A stretch of DNA of 64,000 bases. Origin: Actinomycetes bacterium. GTDB taxonomy: Bacteria > Actinomycetota > Acidimicrobiia > Acidimicrobiales > RAAP-2. Shown piece after piece: positions 36,368 through 43,260 of this stretch (its first letter is position 1; the number at the start of each line of letters is the position of its first letter). Below the pieces are notes generated by a model. The model was given only the letters and a program-made list of their open reading frames with translations, did not search any database and was not told where the DNA came from. Location of the stretch: positions 8,533 through 72,532 of the forward strand of contig JAJZJC010000001.1 in the NCBI GenBank assembly GCA_021810205.1, written 5' to 3'. Both the position numbers and the translations under genes were made by a program.

Positions 36368-37084
36368 TCATGCGGACTTCCCGCCTGCTTCGTCGTCCCG
36401 CGCGTGTGCGAGGGCAGCGTCGGCGTCGTCACGATGGAGGAGCCCGCGCAGGCGTCCCTCGGGGTCGGTGACGAGGATCGCAACGGCCTTGCGTTCGTGC
36501 ATGCGGCCGACGAGCTCGTGCAGGTCTTCGTGCGCACGCACGGTGGGTGGGCCGGCCCGCATGGCATCCACGGCGAGGGCGTGGTCATCGCCGGCCAGCG
36601 CGGCCTGGTCGAGGACGCCGAGCACGACGCCATCACCGGCAGTGACGATGCAGCGGTCCTCGCCGGATGCGGCGACACGTCGGCGCGCCGTGGCGACGGT
36701 GTCGTCGGGCGTGCACGTGGGGACGCCGGTGCGTGCCACGGCACCGGGGCGCAACGGCGGCACTGCGGCACCCTCGGTTGGGAGCCCCGCGGCCAGCCAG
36801 TCGGTCTTGCCGGCGGTGTAGTCGAAGACCGTGCTGAAGCCGAGCGTCTCGAGCCGACACGCGGCTCGCGGGCTCATGTCTCAAAGACCATCCCAGCAGT
36901 AGACGATCACTGGGCGTGCCCGGTCGAGCCCAGCGATCGTCTCGGGTCCGAGCGTCTTCAGCGGGATGCTGATGGCCCCGGGGAGGTGCTCGTCTTCGTA
37001 CTCGGCAGCTGGCAGCACCTCGACCAACTGCGCCCCCTGCGCCATCAAGCGGCGAACGTCGTCCCGATGCACCGAGCCGGTCAT
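36368..37084 (-). CDS. Rhodanese-CBS pair protein interrupted by one in-frame TGA (36883-36881): candidate selenoprotein, or a nonsense-disrupted gene
   Basis: ORFs 36881..37084 and 36368..36877 share one frame. The joined sequence reads ...[11 protein letters not shown][TGA][37 protein letters not shown] followed by two CBS motifs. The TGA aligns with the second Cys of YCRGPLCLLAPEA in the paralogous rhodanese at 39878..40642. Confidence 0.55.
36837..36875 (-). other. SECIS-like stem-loop downstream of the in-frame TGA
   Basis: RNA: UGA-GACAU-GAGCC-CG-CGAGCCG-CGUGU-CGGCUCG-AGACGCUC-GGCUU. The 7-bp upper helix starts 13 nt after UGA, the apical loop CGUGU lies 20-24 nt after UGA, and there is a 5-bp lower helix. 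Confidence 0.35.
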
Positions 37085-37095
37085 CGGTCAGGTTC

Positions 37096-37407
37096 CTACC
37101 CGGCAGTGAGGGCGGCCACGATCTGATCGACCGAGGGAGCCCCTTCGGAGCCGGTCTCGCTGCGATAGATGCGGCAGGCGAACGCCGGAGGAGTCCCGGC
37201 CGTCGTGAAGAGGTCGACGCCGTCGATGAGCACGGCCGGAGAGCCGTGGAAGTTGCGCCGGCTGGCCTCGTCCGCATCGGCGACCTCTTCGACCAGGACT
37301 CGAGGAGCAGGACCGGAGAGCCGCGCGAGAGCGTCGGCGAGCCGCTGGCGGACCAGGGCGACGTTTGGGCACCCTGGGGTGTGCAAGATGGTGATCGTGT
37401 CGGCCAT
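37096..37407 (-). CDS. Thioredoxin-fold (glutaredoxin-like) small protein
   Basis: ITILHTPGCPNV ... GSPAVLIDGVDLF has the beta-alpha-beta Cys-Pro layout of Trx-fold proteins. It is the first gene of the MerR-controlled minus-strand unit. Confidence 0.55.
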   Translation of the reverse strand: MADTITILHTPGCPNVALVRQRLADALARLSGPAPRVLVEEVADADEASRRNFHGSPAVLIDGVDLFTTAGTPPAFACRIYRSETGSEGAPSVDQIVAALTAG

Positions 37408-37410
37408 GTA

Positions 37411-37450
37411 CCGAGCCTAAAGCCTCCCCTCCAGGGGAGAGTCAAGGGCT
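37411..37450 (-). promoter_or_regulatory. MerR-type promoter/operator: TTGACT, a 19-20-bp spacer containing a dyad, then TAGGCT
   Basis: Minus strand reads cTTGACTCTCCCCTGGAGGGGAGGCTTTAGGCTcgg. The dyad CTCCCCT-GG-AGGGGAG sits inside an over-long spacer, which is the hallmark of MerR-family activated promoters. It lies between divergent merR and the Trx-fold gene. Confidence 0.5.
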
Positions 37451-37468
37451 AGCGTGGTGACGATGGCG

Positions 37469-37870
37469 ATGAGAATCGGCGAGCTCGCCGAGCGAGTGGG
37501 CACGTCGGTCAAGACGATCCGCTACTACGACCGCATCGGCGTGCTGTGCCCGGAGGAGCGCAGCGAGTCCGGCTACCGCCTCTACGGAGAAGACGCCCTC
37601 GATCGCTACCGGTTCGTGCGCGCCGCCCAGGCGGTCGGGCTGCGCCTCGGAGAGATCCGAGAGGCCATCGCACTTCGGGACCGGGGCGAGACGCCATGTG
37701 GCTTCGTGGTGGACCTGATCGGGCGCCGGGCCGCCGAGCTCGATGCCCGCATCGCCGAGCTGGTGGCGCTGCGCGACGAGCTGCGAGGCCTCGATCGGCG
37801 GGCACGACGACTCGATCCTCGCCGCTGCGACCCGCGGCTCGTCTGTCACGTCATCGATCCAGGGTCTTGA
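37469..37870 (+). CDS. MerR-family (heavy-metal/redox-responsive type) transcriptional regulator
   Basis: MRIGELAERVGTSVKTIRYYDRIGVL....RSESGYRLY is the MerR HTH. A coiled-coil dimerisation helix and C-terminal Cys residues follow. Alternative upstream starts at 37454 and 37463. Confidence 0.85.
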   Translation: MRIGELAERVGTSVKTIRYYDRIGVLCPEERSESGYRLYGEDALDRYRFVRAAQAVGLRLGEIREAIALRDRGETPCGFVVDLIGRRAAELDARIAELVALRDELRGLDRRARRLDPRRCDPRLVCHVIDPGS

Positions 37871-37939
37871 CCGTCGACCACGCACGAGCACGTCGACGCC
37901 TCTCCCAGGACGCCGACGTGCTGGCCGCTCGTGCAGTCC

Positions 37940-39157
37940 TCACCATCCGAGTGCCGTCGGCACCAACTTCCCTCGCCGGGCGAAGGCCAGGTAGGCGCGC
38001 TCGAAGGCCATCTTGGCGATGAGCCACTGCCGTCCGTCGGAGACCGAAGGGATGCGGTTGCGTGGTGGGCGGACAGGGTCGACGGCGAGGTAGGCGGCGC
38101 GGTCGCCCATGCCGAGGATGCAGCGCGCCGACAGCTCGTCGGTGGGGGCTTCGTGGCCCTCGAGGCGCGCCGCGAGGTCGGCGGCGGCGATCTTCGCCAT
38201 CTGCTCGGTCATGTGGCCGGTCTTCGGGAAGTTGACCGGCACTGCGGTGGCGTCGACCGGGGGGAGGGCGACGGCGACCCCGACCGCGTAGACGCCATCG
38301 GCCGCCTGGTGGCGGTAGTGGTCGTCGACGGGCACGAAGCCCTTCGGGTTCGCCAGGCCGGGGCTGCTGGCGACCGCGTCGACGCCGGCGAGGGGCGGGA
38401 TGACGATCGAGCACACCGAGGAAGTGGGGGCCGCATCGGCCGTCTCCACGGACTCCCCCGTGATCCGCGTGATCGCGGCCGAGGTGCGATACGCGATGTC
38501 TCGCTCCTCGAGCGCGCCCTCGAGGAGCTGGCGGATCGTGCCGGCGCCGCCCATGCCCATGTGGCCGAGGAACGGCTCAGGGGTGAGCAGGCGTATCGGA
38601 ACCTGGTGGCGAAGCCCGCGGCGGCGCAGCAGATGGTCGAGCTCGAATGCAAGCTCGTAGACCGGCCCGATGCAGCTCGCTCCGGGCGCCGCGCCGACGA
38701 CGACAGGGCCGGGGTCGGCGAGCAGCGCTTGGATTGCGCCGGCGAGCTCGGTGGTCTCTTTCGCCGACATCGGCGAGTGGCCGGGCCCGTCGAAGGGACC
38801 TAGCCCCGGGACGGCCTCGTTGGCGCTGCGGTGCCCGGTAGCGACGACGAGGAAGTCGTATGGGTGATCGCCGGCGTCGGTCGAGACCACCTTGGAAGCG
38901 GTGTCGATGCCGGTGACGGTCTCCTGGGCGAAGCCCACGTGCTTGTTGGCAAGCGGGCCGGCGAGGGGGAAGGAGATCTGCTCGAGGCGCCGCCGGCCCA
39001 TCGCCACCCAGGGGAAGGACGGGACGAAGCGGAACTGGCCGTCTTTGGCAACGAGGGTGATCTCGGCGCGCTCGGGGGAGAGGTGCCGGCGCAGCTCGTA
39101 GGCGGTGGTCAGTCCGCCGAAGGAGCCGCCGACGATGACGATGCGCACGGCGCCCAT
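37940..39157 (-). CDS. sqr: Sulfide:quinone oxidoreductase (second paralogue, different SQR type)
   Basis: RIVIVGGSFGGLT, FVPSFPWVAMG, GASCIGPVYELAFE, GFVPVDDHYR, VYAVGVAV and KTGHMTEQMA are typical of FCSD/SQR flavoproteins. The start overlaps the dsrE stop. Confidence 0.85.
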   Translation of the reverse strand: MGAVRIVIVGGSFGGLTTAYELRRHLSPERAEITLVAKDGQFRFVPSFPWVAMGRRRLEQISFPLAGPLANKHVGFAQETVTGIDTASKVVSTDAGDHPYDFLVVATGHRSANEAVPGLGPFDGPGHSPMSAKETTELAGAIQALLADPGPVVVGAAPGASCIGPVYELAFELDHLLRRRGLRHQVPIRLLTPEPFLGHMGMGGAGTIRQLLEGALEERDIAYRTSAAITRITGESVETADAAPTSSVCSIVIPPLAGVDAVASSPGLANPKGFVPVDDHYRHQAADGVYAVGVAVALPPVDATAVPVNFPKTGHMTEQMAKIAAADLAARLEGHEAPTDELSARCILGMGDRAAYLAVDPVRPPRNRIPSVSDGRQWLIAKMAFERAYLAFARRGKLVPTALGW

Positions 39158-39507
39158 CAGAAGCTCACCACCTTGTCGGCCCAGATCGTCCAGTCGGTCA
39201 CCTCTTCCAAGGTGGAGCGACGGGCGCCGTCGACGAGCAGCTCGTCAGCGAGTCCCCGGGCGTCCATGCACGTGCCGCAGCAGCCGATCTCCCCGCCGTG
39301 GCGGATGACAGCGGTGACCATGCGGTCGAGGTGGTAGTAGCCGTCGGGAACCTTCTGGTTTCCGATCGCGCAGCCGACGGCGTCGCCGAAGAGGAAAACC
39401 CGCACCTCGACCCCCTCGCGTTTGGAGAGCGCGCCGGCGAGGCGCAGCCCGTTGTAGGAGCGCTCAGTGCCGTAGGGCGGGTCGTTCAAGACGACGAGGA
39501 TCTTCAT
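39157..39507 (-). CDS. DsrE/DsrF-like sulfur-relay family protein
   Basis: MKILVVLNDPPYGTERSYNGLRLA......V.VFLFGDAV and CGTCMDARG match DsrE-family motifs. AAGGAG lies upstream of the ATG at 39507. Confidence 0.85.
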   Translation of the reverse strand: MKILVVLNDPPYGTERSYNGLRLAGALSKREGVEVRVFLFGDAVGCAIGNQKVPDGYYHLDRMVTAVIRHGGEIGCCGTCMDARGLADELLVDGARRSTLEEVTDWTIWADKVVSF

Positions 39508-39878
39508 TGGGGCGCTCCTTCGCTTGTACTGGATCCGTTGGCCGTGCTGGATCTGGTCGGTGACGGAGTGGTGGGGACAGGGGCCCGATGAGGCCAATCG
39601 CCTGGGCGGCGTCGATGTGGGCGAGCGTCCCACCGGTCCGAGCGCCGACAAAGAGCCCGGCGACGGCGATGAGGGCACCGGTCTCGTTCTGGACGGGCTT
39701 CACGGCCATGCGTGCCACCCCGTCTCGGGGCGAGGCAAGCCCGGCGACGAGTGGCAGGCGACAGCGCGCCAACAACTCGGATTACGAGGCTGTTGGGCAT
39801 CATGGCCCGTGCGGCCCCGGGCAAGATCGACGCCGCCGCAAATTGGTCGAAGAAGCCGACGCGCAACCGTTCGCTCAT
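39504..39878 (-). CDS. Unresolved ORF between arsR-rhodanese and dsrE; possibly frameshifted small membrane protein
   Basis: The ATG at 39878 overlaps the upstream TGA (TGATG) and the TGA at 39504 overlaps the dsrE ATG (ATGA). The central third looks non-coding in this frame, while another frame is GC3-rich and membrane-like. Confidence 0.3.
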   Translation of the reverse strand: MSERLRVGFFDQFAAASILPGAARAMMPNSLVIRVVGALSPATRRRACLAPRRGGTHGREARPERDRCPHRRRRALCRRSDRWDARPHRRRPGDWPHRAPVPTTPSPTRSSTANGSSTSEGAPQ

Positions 39879-40642
39879 CACGGCCGCCCCCCAAGTGCTC
39901 GCGACGATCGCCGGGGGCGCCGGGGGCGCCGGGAGCTGCGAACATCGCCGTGCCCGCTCGATCCTGCGTCCGTGCCGCTGCCCTCTTCCACCGGGAGTCC
40001 GGCCTGGCGCCACTCGGGCAGGCCGTCTTCCAGACAGTGCGCGCGTCGCCCCCGGCCCCGAAGCAGCGCGACGGCCTCTGGGGCAAGGAGGCACAGCGGC
40101 CCTCGGCAGTAGGCGACGACCTCGACGGCGGGGTCGAGCTCGTCGAGGCGGGCCTCGAGGTGCTCCAAGGGGAGCGAGCGGGCACCGGGGATGTGCCCGG
40201 CCGAGTACTCCTCAGCGGGGCGCACATCGAGCACCACGACCTCCCCGGCCTGCACGCGAGCCAAGAGCTCGTCTCGGCTGACCCGCTCGGCGCCTGCCGC
40301 GTCGGTGCCGAGCGAGCGGAGGATCTGGTCGACCTCCGCGAGGCGGGCTCGGGCAAGATCGCCCAGCGCCCCGACGAAGCGACAGACCTCCTCGCCCGCG
40401 GCGCGGTAGTAGACGCGGGTCCCATCCCGGCGGGTCTCGACGAGGCGCGCCTGGCGCATCACCTGGAGGTGCGCGGAGGCCGTCGTGAGCTTGAGCCCCG
40501 TCGCCTCGGCGAGCGCCTCCACGCTGCGCTCGGCCTGGCAGAGCAGGTCGAGCAGCTCGATGCGCTTGGGGTGGACGACCACCTTGCCGATGCGCGCCAG
40601 CTGCTCGTAGAGATCGGTACGCCGTTCGGCATCATGCTCCAT
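39878..40642 (-). CDS. ArsR/SmtB-family HTH regulator fused to a rhodanese domain (persulfide-sensor-like)
   Basis: HPKRIELLDLLCQAERSVEALAEATGLKLTTASAHLQVMRQARLV is the ArsR wHTH. VVLDVRPAEEYSAGHIPGARSLP...VVAYCRGPLCLLAPEAVALL is the rhodanese part. Confidence 0.85.
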   Translation of the reverse strand: MEHDAERRTDLYEQLARIGKVVVHPKRIELLDLLCQAERSVEALAEATGLKLTTASAHLQVMRQARLVETRRDGTRVYYRAAGEEVCRFVGALGDLARARLAEVDQILRSLGTDAAGAERVSRDELLARVQAGEVVVLDVRPAEEYSAGHIPGARSLPLEHLEARLDELDPAVEVVAYCRGPLCLLAPEAVALLRGRGRRAHCLEDGLPEWRQAGLPVEEGSGTDAGSSGHGDVRSSRRPRRPRRSSRALGGRP

Positions 40643-41098
40643 AGATCCATAGAATACCACGCGCCGAAAGACCCACTGCGGCGGGGGAGCTGGACCACGA
40701 GAAGGACCGGCGTGCGGGCACGAGCCAACCGGACCGCACAGGCTTTCGACGGCCTCGCCGAGCGCTACGGCGCCTGGCACGACACGACGTCCGGACAGGT
40801 CCTGTTCGGCCTCAGCTCGGTGGCCTGCAGTCGCGTGTCAGTTTCCACCTACCTAAGTAGGTACTGATTGTGACGTTCCGTTGCCAGAACAGCCCTCCGC
40901 CGACGGTTTCACCTTGCAAGGCTGCTCGCTACGGGGATGCCGCCGCGGGCACAACACTGGGCAACGCCTGGTCGCTGGCTTGCACGCCCTGACAGACGTG
41001 GAGTGCACGTGCCACAGCCGTACCGGCGTCAGGCATTGTGGCCCGCGCGACTCGTGAGCTACACTACCGACCGGAGTGGGTTGGAAAGGAACTCGGCC

Positions 41099-41941
41099 AT
41101 GAGACGCATCGATCTCCACTGCTACCCGGGCACTGATGTGTGGATCAGGTCGCAGGGGCCGTACGTGGCTGCACTCGAGAAGTACTGGTCGAAGCCCTGG
41201 GTGCCGCGAACCGAAGAGGCAGTGGTCGCCGAGATCAGCGAGGCCGGAGTCGAGGCCGTACTGGTGGCCTTCGACATCGAGTCGACCACGGGCGCACCTC
41301 CTTGCTCGAACGCCTACGTGGCCGAGTTGAGAGATCGGCATCCGGAAGTCTTCCTCCAGGCGTGGGGCGTGGTCGACCCACTCAAGGGAACGGAGGCGAT
41401 CGTCGAGATCGAGATGGCGGTCAAGGAGCAAGCGGTCCTCGGCTTCCACTTCCACCCCATCATGGGCCATTATTCCGTCGACGACCCCAAGTTCAGCGAG
41501 CTTTTCGAGGCGATCGCTGGTCTGCATCGCCCGGTGCTCGTCGATGTCGGCACCACGGGAATGGGCGCAGGCATGCCCGGAGGAATGGGAGCCATCTTGC
41601 GTCATGCACATCCGGCCGCGCTCGACTTGCTCGCTGCGAGATTCCCGTCGCTCACGATCGTGGCGGCACATCCCGGCTGGCCCTGGGTCGACGAGATGAC
41701 TGCCGTCGCGCTCCACAAGGGGAACGTCTTCTGGGAGCTGTCCGGCTGGGCACCGAAGTATTTCCCCCCGAGCCTTCGCACCGACATTCGAGGCAGGCTC
41801 CAGGACAAGGTCATGTTCGGAAGCGACCATCCGAGCATGACCTACGAACGGGTCCTTGGAGAGTGGGACCAGCTTGGCTTCGACGAGTCAGTGATGCACA
41901 AGGTCTTCCACGAGAACGCCGAGCGGATCCTCGGCTTGTGA
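41099..41941 (+). CDS. Amidohydrolase-2 (ACMSD/TIM-barrel metal hydrolase) family protein
   Basis: IDLHCYP, GFHFHP, AAHPGWPW and MFGSDHP are metal-ligand motifs. GGAAAGGA lies upstream of the ATG at 41099. Confidence 0.8.
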   Translation: MRRIDLHCYPGTDVWIRSQGPYVAALEKYWSKPWVPRTEEAVVAEISEAGVEAVLVAFDIESTTGAPPCSNAYVAELRDRHPEVFLQAWGVVDPLKGTEAIVEIEMAVKEQAVLGFHFHPIMGHYSVDDPKFSELFEAIAGLHRPVLVDVGTTGMGAGMPGGMGAILRHAHPAALDLLAARFPSLTIVAAHPGWPWVDEMTAVALHKGNVFWELSGWAPKYFPPSLRTDIRGRLQDKVMFGSDHPSMTYERVLGEWDQLGFDESVMHKVFHENAERILGL

Positions 41942-42036
41942 GCTTTCGGCCGCCCCGGTCCGATCCGCGAACCGACGGTGTTCGGGCCGATACCGGTGCT
42001 CGACATGTGTACGACTGCGGTCGCAGTCCCACGGAG

Positions 42037-42828
42037 CTAGGTGACCGAGGTGAACCCCCCGTCGACGACCACGATGTGGCCCGTGACGAAAGGGTGCCCG
42101 ACGGCGAGTGAGACCATGGACTCCGCGACGTCGTCTGGAGTGGCCACGCGCTTGAGCGGCGTCATCTTGGCGCGGCGCTCCATCAGGCGGTCGTAGTTCT
42201 CGCCGAGCTGGTGCTCCATCCACTCGCCGACCATCCAGCCTGGCGCCACCCCGTTCACGCGGATGCGAGGGCCGAGCGCGCCGGCCAGGGTCTTGGTCAA
42301 GTTCGCGACGGCGCCCTTCGACGCCGCGTATGGCAGTGGCTGAGGTCCTGGTCGAATACCTGCGACGCTGCAGGTCGTGACGACCGACGCGATCGGCGAC
42401 TGCGCGAGCAGGGGAACGCAGGCGCGAACCGTGACGAACAGGCCACGAACATTCACCGCGAACACTCGGTCCCAGGCCTCGACGCTCACGCCCTCGAGAT
42501 CGGTCGGCACGGTATCGATCGTGGTTCCGGCGTTTGCAACGAGCACATCGAGACGCCCGAAGGAGTCTTCGACTTGCGCGATCATGCGACGGACAGCCGC
42601 GTCATCGGCGACGTCGGCACCAAGCGCAAGAGCCGACACACCGAGCTTCTCGACATCCGAGACGACCCCAGACGCCTGGTCGGCACTCGTCGCGTAATTC
42701 ACCACGACGTCGAACCCGGCACGGGCGAAGGCGAGGGCAGCGCTGCGACCGATACCCCGGGACGCGCCCGTCACCAGGACGACCGACCGTGAGCCGCTCA
42801 CTTCGCGGCCATGCGCCACAGACGACAC
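42037..42828 (-). CDS. SDR-family oxidoreductase (FabG-like)
   Basis: VTGASRGIG, NAG and YAASKGAV (YxxxK) motifs. Confidence 0.9.
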   Translation of the reverse strand: MSSVAHGREVSGSRSVVLVTGASRGIGRSAALAFARAGFDVVVNYATSADQASGVVSDVEKLGVSALALGADVADDAAVRRMIAQVEDSFGRLDVLVANAGTTIDTVPTDLEGVSVEAWDRVFAVNVRGLFVTVRACVPLLAQSPIASVVTTCSVAGIRPGPQPLPYAASKGAVANLTKTLAGALGPRIRVNGVAPGWMVGEWMEHQLGENYDRLMERRAKMTPLKRVATPDDVAESMVSLAVGHPFVTGHIVVVDGGFTSVT

Positions 42829-43026
42829 CTCGCAAGTGCGCCTGCGTCGCTCGAGCGCACTGAAGCGTCACTACTCCAGTAACCAGCCATGGGGCTCCAC
42901 GCTATGGACCGCCTGACTTGATGTCAAATAGCGCCTTGACCGGAGTTCGCGAGCCAAGGATGCGAAGGTGCCCCGTCATCGTCCGCGAGCCACGGGCTGA
43001 CCGCCCTATCCGATACCTGACCGATC

Positions 43027-43098
43027 CAAGCAGCGTTTGTGGAGCAAGCAGCGTTTGTGGAGCAAGCAGCGTTTGTGGAGCAAGCGGTGTTTGTGGAG
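43027..43098. repeat. 18-bp tandem repeat x4 upstream of the DUF3494 surface-protein gene
   Basis: CAAGCAGCGTTTGTGGAG x3 plus CAAGCGGTGTTTGTGGAG, located 163-234 nt upstream of the 43261 start. Confidence 0.95.
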
Positions 43099-43260
43099 AA
43101 GGCGCTGAGGGTAAGTGTGAGCTCGGAACAGGCCGAGGAAGTCCTCGACCAGAGCGGAGCCATATCGTCCGTTTGTTCCTTTTTGTTTTCGCGACTCCTG
43201 GGCGTGAGCTGCCGATGCCGTCGACGGTCATCGTAGGGGGTTCCTGGCCGGAGGAGTGCC

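Noticed and set aside
40643-40665. Leaderless-type promoter (TATTCT 8 nt upstream of the arsR-rhodanese ATG) and a CTATGGA direct repeat as an ArsR operator.
   Set aside because: ArsR/SmtB operators are normally 12-2-12 inverted repeats and this one is direct. The -10 assignment rests on a single hexamer, which is too weak to annotate.
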